Positions 41,205 through 51,230 of a stretch of 64,000 bases of DNA are shown one piece after another; the stretch's first letter is position 1; each line of letters starts with the position of its first letter. The stretch is from Candidatus Binatia bacterium (GTDB lineage Bacteria; Desulfobacterota; Binatia; Bin18). The notes beneath the pieces were generated by a model. The model searched no databases, was not told the DNA's origin, and was given only the letters and a program-made list of their open reading frames with translations. The stretch is taken from positions 2,208,001 to 2,272,000 of the forward strand of contig OY761159.2 of the NCBI GenBank assembly GCA_963664395.2, read 5' to 3'. A program made the translations under genes and the position numbers.

Positions 41205-41834
41205 TTATTTTCGTTTCCTTTTCGTCTGGCTCTCTTCTTTTTGTCCGGCAATCTGTTCCCTCTCCTTTTCACTGAGGAAACGATAGGTTGTTGCTGAAAA
41301 CGAGGCGTCTACTGCAATCTGCGCGCCCCGATTGTCGATAAGACGCGGCTCTTTCATGCTCACATCTGCCACATTGACAATCCGGTCGAGACGGCGAACC
41401 TCGTCAAAAAACATGGCAATATGGTGATACCCACCCCGGACTGACATCTGTACCGGAACCTCGGTATAGAGGTCGCGTAACTGCTCGGGTTGCTGCCGGA
41501 ACAGGAGGACTTCGAGACCCGAATCACGTCCTAGGGTAGAGACCTGGCGGAGAAGCTCGGGGATTTCCTTTTGCTCGGGCAGTTGGGCTTGCGCCTTGTT
41601 AAACGCGGCTTCCACTTCACTACTTTCCGCTTCGATATTCTTACGATTGGCCAATGTTTTTCGCAGCTGTGCCCGCTCTGCATCAAGCTCATGAATTTTA
41701 TGCTGTATCTCAGCAATTTCCTGGGAGCGAGGAAAGTAGAACCAGAATACGTAAGAGGCGACGATGAGTGCTCCGATGCCCCCATACACGAGCCGGCGTT
41801 GTCCTGCCGACAGATCAAGAATGAAATCAAGCAT
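41205..41834 (-). CDS. pilO: Type IV pilus assembly protein PilO
   Basis: LPEQKEIPELL, GGYH.IAMFFD.V..L.RIV. Confidence 0.92.
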   Translation of the reverse strand: MLDFILDLSAGQRRLVYGGIGALIVASYVFWFYFPRSQEIAEIQHKIHELDAERAQLRKTLANRKNIEAESSEVEAAFNKAQAQLPEQKEIPELLRQVSTLGRDSGLEVLLFRQQPEQLRDLYTEVPVQMSVRGGYHHIAMFFDEVRRLDRIVNVADVSMKEPRLIDNRGAQIAVDASFSATTYRFLSEKEREQIAGQKEESQTKRKRK

Positions 41835-41905
41835 AAGAACGTATGTCCTGAGGGCAGGTCCCCTGCTCTTGTGTGTGCATCCTTGCTCTCATTTTTCTGC
41901 TTGTT

Positions 41906-42514
41906 CTAACCAGCCTGTTCCTGGGTATACGCCGGGATTAACGCTTCAATGATAAATTTTTTCACCCGCCCGGCTTCCTCTCTCCCGCCTTTTCTTCCCC
42001 GTTGCTCAAAATGAGAGTTTTGAATCTCTTGGACCGTTTCTCGAATTTCTACCTGCTGAAAATACGGAGAATTCGAGAGGTTCCGTGCAAACGTGGCAAT
42101 GGTCTGATTGTCCACGGCCTCGCCTTGAATTTTTGCCGTTCCTTTTCCCTCAGCGAAATCAGTCAACCATAAGAGGTCCGGGGTACTTCGACTTAAATCG
42201 TCAAGGATACGGACCGAGGCAGAGCGACGCTGCGGGGAGGTGAGTGAGGTGACCGCTAGTAATCTTTGCTCAAGGAGGTCCCTCTTCTTGATAAGATTGT
42301 CTACTTCTTTGTTTTCTTTACGGGTGTGTTCAATCTCGGTCTCAAGATTCACGACCTGAGCAAGTGCAGTACCGAGCTGTCGCGATTGGACCACATGGAG
42401 GCGTGCGATTGCGGCGAGAGCGAGGCACAGGATGATCCCTGCAATCGCGAATTCTTTTCTCCATACGAAGGCTGCTTCGACTTCTTGGACCGGAAGAAGG
42501 TTGATATGGATCAT
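41906..42514 (-). CDS. pilN: Type IV pilus assembly protein PilN
   Basis: MIHINLLP, TM + coiled coil, P..LWLT, IATFARNL..SPYF. Confidence 0.9.
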   Translation of the reverse strand: MIHINLLPVQEVEAAFVWRKEFAIAGIILCLALAAIARLHVVQSRQLGTALAQVVNLETEIEHTRKENKEVDNLIKKRDLLEQRLLAVTSLTSPQRRSASVRILDDLSRSTPDLLWLTDFAEGKGTAKIQGEAVDNQTIATFARNLSNSPYFQQVEIRETVQEIQNSHFEQRGRKGGREEAGRVKKFIIEALIPAYTQEQAG

Positions 42515-43617
42515 TTGTCTCCATGCCTCCTGGTCGCGAGCCCCACGCTCACGGCAAGCGAGGGGGCATGCCGCGCAAGAAAATCCGTATCAACCTGACG
42601 CCCGATATTGAACGAGCGGAAAGGGTTTGCGACTTCGACCGGAACCCGAAGGCGCGTGCCAACCGCAGAGGCGAGGCCCGCTAATTGTGCCATGCCGCCG
42701 CTCAAATAGACCGAGCCGATCTGTTCCTCAGTGGAGCCTGTCCAGAAGAAGCTCAGAGACCGCTGTATCTCATCAAGAAGCTGCTCGGAAGTGACAGACA
42801 GGATACGGTCAATATCTTCCTTGTCATGCCCTTCCAGGGAGCCTGATATTTTTGCTTCTTCCGCTTGATCCCGACTGATGCCAAACTCTTGAGCCAAGAG
42901 GTCGGTGAACTGTTCTCCTCCGACAGGAACATCGCCCGTAAAAGAGGAGCGGCCTCCTTTCATGATAGTCAGAGAGGAGTAACGGGCTCCGATGTTGACC
43001 AATGCCACTACTTCACCCGGGTCTGGGCTGTAATTGGTCTCAAACATGTTTTCAATGGCAAAATAATCCACATCCACGATAGTCGGAATAAGGCCCGCTT
43101 CGCTAATAGCGGTGAGATAGCTATTGATGATATCTTTTCTGACAGCAACAAGAAGGACATCAATATTGTCCGTTGCCGGGTCTCTACCCAGCACTTGATA
43201 GTCGAGGTTCACGTTGTCGAGACTTTCAGGAATAAAGTTCCCGGCCTCGAACAATATGGTCTCTTCTAACGAGGCTGGCTCCTGGGCGGGAAAGGAGACA
43301 GGCTTAATAATAACAGCCGGCCCAGGAACAGCAGCGACGACTTCCTTTGTTCGAACCCTATTATCCTCAACGAGGGTACGAATCGCCTGGGAAACCTGAC
43401 CGATATCTTGAACACGATGACTTTGAACTGCATCAGATTGGAGCGGTATAATACCCGCGTTCGTGACCTTGAGATTCGACCCCTGCCCATGAACTTCGAC
43501 CATCTTGATTGAGCTTGAACCGATGTCAAGGCTCAGGTAGCCTTTATTCACTTCAAGTGAAATAAGAGAAGTCAGGGGTCTGGCAAGGCGTCCAACAGTT
43601 TCTTTCAAGGTTGCCAT
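42511..43617 (-). CDS. pilM: Type IV pilus assembly protein PilM
   Basis: LDIGSSSIK, VLLVA, VNIGA, LSGG, VGLATR. Confidence 0.93.
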   Translation of the reverse strand: MATLKETVGRLARPLTSLISLEVNKGYLSLDIGSSSIKMVEVHGQGSNLKVTNAGIIPLQSDAVQSHRVQDIGQVSQAIRTLVEDNRVRTKEVVAAVPGPAVIIKPVSFPAQEPASLEETILFEAGNFIPESLDNVNLDYQVLGRDPATDNIDVLLVAVRKDIINSYLTAISEAGLIPTIVDVDYFAIENMFETNYSPDPGEVVALVNIGARYSSLTIMKGGRSSFTGDVPVGGEQFTDLLAQEFGISRDQAEEAKISGSLEGHDKEDIDRILSVTSEQLLDEIQRSLSFFWTGSTEEQIGSVYLSGGMAQLAGLASAVGTRLRVPVEVANPFRSFNIGRQVDTDFLARHAPSLAVSVGLATRRHGDK

Positions 43618-43650
43618 TGTGGTCCTAACAACTAGGTATTTCGAGTACTT

Positions 43651-43679
43651 ACTATGCAATACAAAAACTAACTTGTCAA
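43651..43679 (-). promoter_or_regulatory. Candidate sigma70 promoter of pilMNOPQ-aro operon
   Basis: Minus strand TTGACA-17 bp-CATAGT. Confidence 0.45.
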
Positions 43680-46085
43680 ATGTTTAACACCGAATGTTTC
43701 ACGGACCCTCGTTTCGTTTCTGTTGCCCTTACTCTCCCTATTGGCGGAAGGAGCGAATTGATTTATCGCGTCCCGGATTCCCTTATTGCGCGAGTTCAAA
43801 AGGGAGTCCGCGTTATTGTTCCTGTAAGTAGCCGAAAAATAATAGGAATCATTGTCGGATTAGAAAATCAGTCGATGGGTATCGACCACAAAAAGGTAAA
43901 GGATATTCTTGATGTTATAGACGAAGTCCCTATTTTTCCTCAATACATGAGAGATGTTTGGGAGTGGGTAGCACAATATTATTTTTCTTCGCCTGGAGCT
44001 GCGCTGCAAACCATTCTTCCTCGGACAGTACGTCAGCAGAGTACGATGTTCGTAACATTGCCGAAAAAGAAAAGGAGGGGAAAGAAAGCGAATGCGGAGG
44101 AAGATGAAAGAAGCACAGACGATGATCTGAAGAAGAAACTTCTCATTGGCCGTCTGAGAGAGAATGAGAAAGGACTACTGACATACGTCACAGAAAAGAA
44201 GCGGGTGAGTGTCAGGACGTTGCAGCGACGCTTCCCTCGGTTGGCTCTGAGAGAGGCGCTTCAACACCTTGAGTCACTGAACCTGATTCGTATGGCAGAG
44301 TCTTTCCCGCGGCCTCGGACTATCCATGAATCGTATGGATCATCGCATGGAGCAATAGAGGCGGCAGGGGCCTACGCTGAAGAGAGTTCGGATAGCTCTG
44401 GGGACGACGGAGAGCAGAACCAATGGGATACCCTCTCTTTGACATCCGCTCAGCAAAACGCGCAAAGTGAGGTAGAAAATGCCCTGGCAAAAGGCGAATT
44501 TCGCGTCTTTCTCCTGCACGGTGTCACTGGCAGCGGAAAAACCGAAGTATATCTCAGGGCTGCCCGATATGCCGTGAGCCAACACAAAAGCGCCCTCTTC
44601 CTTGTCCCGGAGATCGCCCTGACCCAACAACTCGTCGCTCAGGTCCGGCAGCGTTTTGGCGGGGGCGTCGCCGTACTCCACAGCGCAATGACCGATAAGG
44701 AACGCTGGGACGAGTGGAAACGGATTGCCCGTCAAGAAGTATCCATTGTTGTCGGCGCACGTTCGGCTGTATTCGCTCCCTTGATGAATCTTGGATTGAT
44801 TATTGTAGATGAGGAACATGAAGCGGCATACAAACAGGAAGATGGGATACGCTATAATGCGAGAGATATTGCTATTGTACGGGGTAAGATATTGTCCTGT
44901 CCCGTCATCCTAGGCTCGGCGACTCCAGCCCTTGAAAGTTATACCCATAGTCAAACGCAGCACTACACTGCACTGACTCTTCCCGCTCGTGTTGCCGCAC
45001 GGCCATTACCCAAGGTTGAGATTATTGATCTCCGCAGGGAGGCCCGCGCGGGGAAAACGGCCCCTATTTTTTCAACACGCTTACAACAGGCGCTGAGGGC
45101 TACCTATCAAGCTGGCAAGCAAAGCGTCTTATTTCTGAATCGGCGCGGGTATGCGAATTACCTCCAATGTCGTCTATGTGGCGAAGCCCTCTCGTGCCCG
45201 CACTGTAGCGTAACCCTGACTTTCCATCTCCAGCGGATGGTCTTGTGTTGCCATTATTGCGGATTTACCAGACGCAGCATTGACGTATGTCCGGCGTGTA
45301 AAGAGCCTGCGCTCGATGGGAGTGGAATCGGCACAGAGCAGGTCGAAGATGCGCTGAAGCATATCCTCCCCGAGGTGCGTATTGCTCGGCTGGACCGTGA
45401 CACCGTGAAGCGAAGAGGCACACTTGACCGGGTGTTGCGGGCGTGGCGGGCGCACGAGTTTGATGTGTTAATCGGCACACAAATGGTTGCCAAAGGACAC
45501 GATGTGCCAGACGTGACTCTTGTTGGCGTGATCCTGGCCGATGTGACGCTCAACCGGCCGGACTTCCGGGCTGCAGAACGGACCTTTCAACTACTCACTC
45601 AAGTTGCGGGCAGAGCCGGACGTGGGCAAGACCTCGGAAAGGTGATTATTCAGACGTATGCGCCGAGACATTACAGTATACAATGCGCCGCCCGGCACGA
45701 CTTCGTCCGTTTTGCCGCCCAAGAACAGCGCTACCGTAAACAGCTCGGCTATCCACCCTTCACCCGTCTTATTAATGTGCGCTTCGAAGGACGAGACGGA
45801 CAACAAGTCGAGGCAACCGCCGCTCTCTTTTCGCAGAAAATTGAACAAACCCTGCAGTCCGAGGAGTTTGAATCCGCAGCTGCCGCACGCCTTCAGGTAT
45901 TGGGCCCTGCCCCTGCGCCTATCGAACGCATCAAGGGGCGGGAACGCTGGCAATTACTGGTAAAAGGTCCCAATCGTGCGCTGTTACACGCCCTCATTGG
46001 CAAAGCCCGAGACGCTTTTATGCAGGCCAAGCCGCCCCGCAGTGTGCGGACAATCATTGATGTCGATCCGTATAGCGTGGTATGA
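43680..46085 (+). CDS. priA: Primosomal protein N'
   Basis: GVTGSGKTEVY, DEEHE, GSATP, CxxC zinc motifs, GTQMVAKGHD, QVAGRAGR. Confidence 0.96.
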   Translation: MFNTECFTDPRFVSVALTLPIGGRSELIYRVPDSLIARVQKGVRVIVPVSSRKIIGIIVGLENQSMGIDHKKVKDILDVIDEVPIFPQYMRDVWEWVAQYYFSSPGAALQTILPRTVRQQSTMFVTLPKKKRRGKKANAEEDERSTDDDLKKKLLIGRLRENEKGLLTYVTEKKRVSVRTLQRRFPRLALREALQHLESLNLIRMAESFPRPRTIHESYGSSHGAIEAAGAYAEESSDSSGDDGEQNQWDTLSLTSAQQNAQSEVENALAKGEFRVFLLHGVTGSGKTEVYLRAARYAVSQHKSALFLVPEIALTQQLVAQVRQRFGGGVAVLHSAMTDKERWDEWKRIARQEVSIVVGARSAVFAPLMNLGLIIVDEEHEAAYKQEDGIRYNARDIAIVRGKILSCPVILGSATPALESYTHSQTQHYTALTLPARVAARPLPKVEIIDLRREARAGKTAPIFSTRLQQALRATYQAGKQSVLFLNRRGYANYLQCRLCGEALSCPHCSVTLTFHLQRMVLCCHYCGFTRRSIDVCPACKEPALDGSGIGTEQVEDALKHILPEVRIARLDRDTVKRRGTLDRVLRAWRAHEFDVLIGTQMVAKGHDVPDVTLVGVILADVTLNRPDFRAAERTFQLLTQVAGRAGRGQDLGKVIIQTYAPRHYSIQCAARHDFVRFAAQEQRYRKQLGYPPFTRLINVRFEGRDGQQVEATAALFSQKIEQTLQSEEFESAAAARLQVLGPAPAPIERIKGRERWQLLVKGPNRALLHALIGKARDAFMQAKPPRSVRTIIDVDPYSVV

Positions 46086-46147
46086 ATATGATTCATCCTG
46101 ACCTCTTAGATGGGGAAGAGAGGATGAATTACATGTAGAGGAAAGCC

Positions 46148-46693
46148 ATGATTCGCGAAATTTTAACCTTCCCGGACCCACGCCTCAAAAAGGCGGCAAG
46201 CGAAGTTGAGCATATGGACGGCAGCCTGGCTGCGCTGGTTGAGGATATGGTCCAAACCATGTACGCCGCTCCGGGTATTGGACTGGCTGCGACGCAGGTC
46301 GGCTCGCACGATCGTATTGTTGTCCTTGATGTCAATCGTGAAGAAAAAGGCAAAGACCTGCTGAAGCTGGTGAACCCCAGAATCACGGCAAGTGAAGGTT
46401 CACTCATCTGGGAAGAAGGTTGCCTCAGTGTGGTTGACTACACGGCTGAGGTCAAACGCGCTGCCAAAATTGAAGTCAAAGCTTGGACCCTGGAGCAAAA
46501 GGAGATGACTTTGCAGGCCGAAGAACTCCTCGCCGTATGCCTTCAGCACGAACTTGATCACCTTTCGGGTAAGCTCTTTATCGATCGGATCAGTCGGCTC
46601 AAACGCGAACTCTACGCCCGCCGGGTCAAAAAATCGATCCGTGAAGGCCGGCCGCTCGAACGGAGTAAAGAGAAAGAGTCTACAGGAATCTGA
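46148..46693 (+). CDS. def: Peptide deformylase
   Basis: GIGLAA.Q, EGCLS, QHELDHL. Confidence 0.97.
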   Translation: MIREILTFPDPRLKKAASEVEHMDGSLAALVEDMVQTMYAAPGIGLAATQVGSHDRIVVLDVNREEKGKDLLKLVNPRITASEGSLIWEEGCLSVVDYTAEVKRAAKIEVKAWTLEQKEMTLQAEELLAVCLQHELDHLSGKLFIDRISRLKRELYARRVKKSIREGRPLERSKEKESTGI

Positions 46694-46720
46694 GGGGGCG
46701 GGCTTCAAACTCGCCCCTAC
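46694..46720 (-). repeat. GTAG-type REP-like palindrome between def and fmt
   Basis: Minus strand GTAGGGGCGAGTTTGAAGCCCGCCCCC. Confidence 0.55.
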
Positions 46721-46748
46721 CCCTCATCCTGACGTAAGTCCGTCCAAA

Positions 46749-47732
46749 ATGTCCAGGCCGATGTCCACGCCGCTTTCCCCCCCATGTCTTTCCCGGCCGC
46801 TGCGACTGGTCTTTATGGGGACGCCGGAATTTGCCGTGCCGACGCTACAAGCCCTCCTTGAGAGCCAGGACGAAGTGGTCGGCGTGGTGTGCCAGCCGGA
46901 CAAACCCGCCGGAAGACGGCTGGACCTGCACGCACCGCCCGTCAAGGACTGCGCCCGCGCGCACGCCGTACCGGTCTTTCAGCCGCAAAAGATTCGCACC
47001 CCCGAGGCGCTCGCCTACCTCCAAGGCTGGCAGCCTGACCTCATTATTGTTGCCGCCTACGGGAAGATGTTACCCAAAGCCATTCTGGACCTGCCGCCGG
47101 CTGGCTGCATCAACGTCCATGCCTCCCTCTTACCCAAGTATCGTGGTGCCGCGCCCATTCAGTGGGCCATTGCCCGAGGCGAAACGCATTCGGGCGTCAC
47201 CATCATGCAGGTGAGCGAGCAAATGGACGCCGGGCCCATCCTGTGGCAGCAGTCGCTCGTCCTCACACCGGACGAGACCGGCCACAGCTTGCACGACCGG
47301 CTGGCCGCGCTCGGCGCGCGCACCCTGCTGGAAGCCCTGTCCCTGTGGAAACAGGGCCGGCTGGCCGCGACCGCCCAGGACGAGCACGCCGCCACCTACG
47401 CGCCCCTGCTGAAAAAAGAGGATGGAGAGATCGACTGGACCCGCTCCGCAGTCAGCATTGAGCAACGCATCCGCGCTTTTCATCCCTGGCCGTCCTCCTA
47501 CACTTGGTTGGGAAACAAACGGCTGAAAATCCTGACCGTGCGCCTGAGCACGGTTGAAGCTTCCGCTATTCCCGGTACCATCATCGACCGGCAAGACGAG
47601 TTGCTCACCGTTGCCACCGGCAAAGGCAGCCTCACACTTGACACGCTGCAACTCGAAGGCAAGAAAGCCCTGCCAGTCGCCGCCTTCCTCGCCGGCCACA
47701 ACCTCAAGCCCGGCCACCGCCTCGGCCGCTGA
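46749..47732 (+). CDS. fmt: Methionyl-tRNA formyltransferase
   Basis: FMGTPEFA, NVHASLLPKYRGAAPIQ, MDAG; follows def. Confidence 0.96.
   Translation: MSRPMSTPLSPPCLSRPLRLVFMGTPEFAVPTLQALLESQDEVVGVVCQPDKPAGRRLDLHAPPVKDCARAHAVPVFQPQKIRTPEALAYLQGWQPDLIIVAAYGKMLPKAILDLPPAGCINVHASLLPKYRGAAPIQWAIARGETHSGVTIMQVSEQMDAGPILWQQSLVLTPDETGHSLHDRLAALGARTLLEALSLWKQGRLAATAQDEHAATYAPLLKKEDGEIDWTRSAVSIEQRIRAFHPWPSSYTWLGNKRLKILTVRLSTVEASAIPGTIIDRQDELLTVATGKGSLTLDTLQLEGKKALPVAAFLAGHNLKPGHRLGR
47679..47714 (+). repeat. 36-bp direct repeat, copy 1 (fmt 3' end; att-like)
   Basis: GCCGCCTTCCTCGCCGGCCACAACCTCAAGCCCGGC, identical at 48124-48159. Confidence 0.9.
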
Positions 47733-47829
47733 GCGCAGCCTGGGGCAATGTCCTTCTAATAGTGCCTCAGTGTCGGCTAGGTTGAAGAGTTGGAACCTGA
47801 GACGTTGATGAATGGGGAGTGACAAACCG

Positions 47830-48114
47830 ATGGAAAAGGTCAAACACAACGATTGGTTGCGCGAACAACTGAGAGACCCGGGCTTTGCCGCCGAATATCT
47901 AACGGCAGCGGCAGAGGACGAAGAGCCGGCGGTATTCCTTCAGGCCCTGCGAAAGGTCGCCGAGACTCAAGGCATGGCAAAGGTCGCCAAACGGGCTGGG
48001 ATTCCACGCGAAAGCCTATACCGCATGCTCTCGGCAAAGGGCAATCCGCGTTGGTCAACGCTCGCCCCAGTGGTGCGCGCCGCAGGATTAAAGCTCGAAA
48101 TCATTCAGCCTTGA
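47830..48114 (+). CDS. Addiction-module antidote protein (HTH antitoxin), orphan
   Basis: FAAEYL...FLQALRKVA...GMAKVA..AGI.RESLYRML...GNP. Confidence 0.85.
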   Translation: MEKVKHNDWLREQLRDPGFAAEYLTAAAEDEEPAVFLQALRKVAETQGMAKVAKRAGIPRESLYRMLSAKGNPRWSTLAPVVRAAGLKLEIIQP

Positions 48115-48123
48115 TGATGTCCA

Positions 48124-48159
48124 GCCGCCTTCCTCGCCGGCCACAACCTCAAGCCCGGC
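48124..48159 (+). repeat. 36-bp direct repeat, copy 2
   Basis: Duplicate of the fmt 3' end. Confidence 0.9.
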
Positions 48160-48679
48160 GACCGCTTTGGCCCGCACAGCCGGCAATATCCTTATATACC
48201 GCTGAGCCCACGCACTGGGGTCTCAATCAATGATCCTTTGAGCCACAGTGCCTCAGCTGAGGTAAGGTGGGAGTGTGTCAATGTGCAATAATGAGCGTGC
48301 TGCGATCCGTGGCGAACGCAATTACTTGTGGACCGAACCCGAGTCCTGTCAACGAGATTAAACTCAAACCTTGTGGTTCGAAGGTCCGATCCACCCAGAT
48401 CATGAACCAGGCAAGTACATTTATTCGCGGTTTCTCATGCGTAAATTCGGCGGATTGCTACTCGTTACCCACATTTCGAAGGCATATCCGATGCAGGACT
48501 TCCTTGGAGTTGGTTTATCGTCCTGAAGGCACGGACGTAAATCAAATGCTTTGGTGAGCAACTTCCTCCAGCGACGTACGCTTCAAGAGGCATTGTTCGC
48601 AGTGCCCCAGAATTTGGACGGACGAATTGGTCCCAGTTCGCAGAAGGTCCAATCGCGTCTACCGAGTTGGGCGCGTCCC

Positions 48680-49010
48680 ATCCAACCGTGACCTGCTTAT
48701 TGCTCGGAGAAAGCTGGATTGTCCCCTGGCCACTCTCACCCCTGACAAATTCTTCTCCTAAGGTCACAACCGTAAAGGTCGCTTCTCCGAATTTGATCCC
48801 ATCATCGAAAATCTCTACGTGATGTTCTCCATCCCCAAGAATATTATAGTTCCAGATCGTGATGAATCCGTTCTTGCCATCATTCGCACAGGGGGCGGCG
48901 GTATCGGACCGCTCCGCCCCGTATGACTTCGGGTCCTCCATAGTTCCCCGTAATGCCCACGCCCTCGGGTGAAGGGTTCTCCAAGCCCGCCCCTGTAGAG
49001 ACAACGAAGA
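48680..49010 (-). pseudogene. Fragmented extracellular/surface-protein domain
   Basis: LENPSP in one frame and YGAERSDT...NGF...WNYNILGDGEH...TLGEEFVRG in another; no intact start. Confidence 0.4.
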
Positions 49011-49150
49011 GTATCTGTTTCTGCTCTGGCGCATCCAAACGGCGGTCAAAACTGAAGCTTTCTTTGCTGTTGACGGGCGGGCGGGGGATGTGAAAGACAA
49101 ACAGTCGAGAATTCCGATTTGATATTCCCAATACCGCTGAAAGGAGGAGA

Positions 49151-50110
49151 ATGACTATGGCAAAACAATTCTCAATGGACGATGTCAAGGCGCTTGCCGG
49201 GAAATACAAGAATTGGGGCAAGTGGGGGGCCGACGATCAGCTTGGCACCCTCAATTATATTACCCCGCAGAAAATTATCGACGCTTCCAATCTCGTCAAG
49301 CAAGGCAAGGTAATTTCCCTCGCTATCCCGTTTGATGACAAGGGTCCTCAGACCGGCTCGTTCGGACGCTTTAACCCGATCCACTTCATGCTCCAGGATG
49401 GCGGTGATATCAGCATCGGCGCGCAGGACCATATCCCCAATCTTCAATACACGGACGACGCCGTGACCATGCCGCTCCAGTGCGCCACACAGTGGGACGC
49501 GCTGGCCCACATCCTGTACCAGGGCAAAATGTATAACGGTTTTGAGGCCAGTGAAATCACCAGCACCGGCGCAAAGAAAAACGGCATGGAAAACGCGAAA
49601 GATAAAATCGCCACGCGCGGCGTGCTGCTCGATATTCCGCGCTACAAAGGCAAGCAGTGGCTCGACCCGGGCGAGGCCATTTATCCCGCCGACCTCGACG
49701 GGGCCGCGGAGATGGGCAAGGTCAGCGTGGGGACGGGTGATATTGTCCTGATTCGGACCGGCCAGATCGGCCAGGTTCGAGCCGAGGGGAGCTGGGGTGA
49801 ATATAGCGGCGGCTCAGCTCCGGGACTCGGCGTGGATTGCGCCGCCTGGATTTGTGAGAACGAAATTGCCGGCTATGCCACGGACACGTGGGGAACCGAG
49901 GTTATTCCCAATGAAACGTCGGAAATCTTTCAGCCCCTGCATATGATCCTGATTGTCCATGCCGGCATGCTGATCGGTGAGATCTTTGATCTTGAGGGGC
50001 TGGCCGATGATTGCGCCAACGACGGCGTTTACGAATGTATGTTTGTCGCTCCACCGCTGCCGATCACGGGCGCCGTAGGTTCGCCTATCAATCCGCAAGC
50101 CATAAAATAG
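49151..50110 (+). CDS. Cyclase family (kynurenine formamidase-like) metal hydrolase
   Basis: NWGKWGADDQLGTLN, TQWDALAH, RGVLLD, GDIVLIRTG, GAVGSP.NP; AAGGAGG RBS. Confidence 0.9.
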   Translation: MTMAKQFSMDDVKALAGKYKNWGKWGADDQLGTLNYITPQKIIDASNLVKQGKVISLAIPFDDKGPQTGSFGRFNPIHFMLQDGGDISIGAQDHIPNLQYTDDAVTMPLQCATQWDALAHILYQGKMYNGFEASEITSTGAKKNGMENAKDKIATRGVLLDIPRYKGKQWLDPGEAIYPADLDGAAEMGKVSVGTGDIVLIRTGQIGQVRAEGSWGEYSGGSAPGLGVDCAAWICENEIAGYATDTWGTEVIPNETSEIFQPLHMILIVHAGMLIGEIFDLEGLADDCANDGVYECMFVAPPLPITGAVGSPINPQAIK

Positions 50111-50130
50111 TACTCATCTGGAGAATTATT

Positions 50131-51216
50131 ATGCCAGAAGTGGCTGATTTACACTCCCAGCGCATCCAGGCCCAAGATGATCCTGTTGAGCTGCTCTACG
50201 AGCGTGGGGTCACCGATGGCCTGCCCGTCGTGCCGCCGACGGAAGAACGGGTCACCCGGATGCTGGCGGCAACGAACCGCGACCCCCAGGAACTCATTGG
50301 CGAAATCGGACCGAACTATGGCCGGGCCAGCGTAGAGAAGATTGCGATCAATGCCGTCATGGCCGGCTGCCACCCTTCGTATTTCCCGGTTGTGTTGGCT
50401 GGGGTTGAGGCCATGTGCGAAGAGCAGTTCTGCATCCACGGCATCAACGTCACGACCTTCTCCGCCACGCCTATGGTCATTATCAACGGACCGATTCGCA
50501 CTGAGATCGGCGTCAACTGCGGCCATAATGCCCTCGGCCACGGCTTTCGGGCCAATGCCACCATCGGGCGGGCGCTGCGGTTGATTATCATCAACATTGG
50601 TGGGGCCAAGCCGCACGAGATTACCAAGGCGACGCTGGGCCATCCGGCGCAGTACACATTCTGTGTGGGAGAGAATGAAGAAGACAGCCCGTGGGAGCCC
50701 CTCCACGTGGAAAAAGGCTATACCGCCGACCAGAGCACGATCACGCTCTTTGGCGGCCACTCACCCATGCAGATTAACGATCACGCCAGCCGCACGGCAG
50801 AACAATTGGCGCTGTCACTTGGCTGGACCATGGCCTCGCTGTGGAATCATAAAAACTATCCCCTGTTTTCCGATACCGTTCTGGTGGTGTGTCCCGAACA
50901 CGCCAAGACGTTTGCCCAAGACGGGTGGTCCAAGAACGATCTACGCCAATTTCTGTATGAAAACATTCGGCGGCCCCTGCGCGAACTCCGTCCGGGCGTT
51001 AATGGCGGCGAAGGCGTCGGCGTGAGCATGCTGCGTACGCCCAAGAAAGACCGCGAGCCCGCAACCGATGAGACGCTCTTTCCAAAGTTCCCTAAAGCGG
51101 AAAACATTGTTATTATCGTGGCCGGTGGCACCGCGGGGCGATTTTCCGCCGCGGTCCAGGGCTGGGCCGGATTTGATGCCGGCAGCCGGATTACAACCAA
51201 GGAGATAAAAAAGTAA
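50131..51216 (+). CDS. Conserved hypothetical protein typically paired with UGSC-family (seleno)proteins
   Basis: TDGLPVVPPT..RV..ML, AINAVMAGC.P.Y, RANATIGRALRL, GENEE.SPW. Confidence 0.75.
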   Translation: MPEVADLHSQRIQAQDDPVELLYERGVTDGLPVVPPTEERVTRMLAATNRDPQELIGEIGPNYGRASVEKIAINAVMAGCHPSYFPVVLAGVEAMCEEQFCIHGINVTTFSATPMVIINGPIRTEIGVNCGHNALGHGFRANATIGRALRLIIINIGGAKPHEITKATLGHPAQYTFCVGENEEDSPWEPLHVEKGYTADQSTITLFGGHSPMQINDHASRTAEQLALSLGWTMASLWNHKNYPLFSDTVLVVCPEHAKTFAQDGWSKNDLRQFLYENIRRPLRELRPGVNGGEGVGVSMLRTPKKDREPATDETLFPKFPKAENIVIIVAGGTAGRFSAAVQGWAGFDAGSRITTKEIKK

Positions 51217-51230
51217 AGAGGAGGTAGGCT

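Noticed and set aside
48970-49000. CAAGCCCGCCCCTGTAG resembling a GTAG REP
   Set aside because: No complementary arm, and it is explained as coding sequence (TGAGLENP) of the fragmented domain
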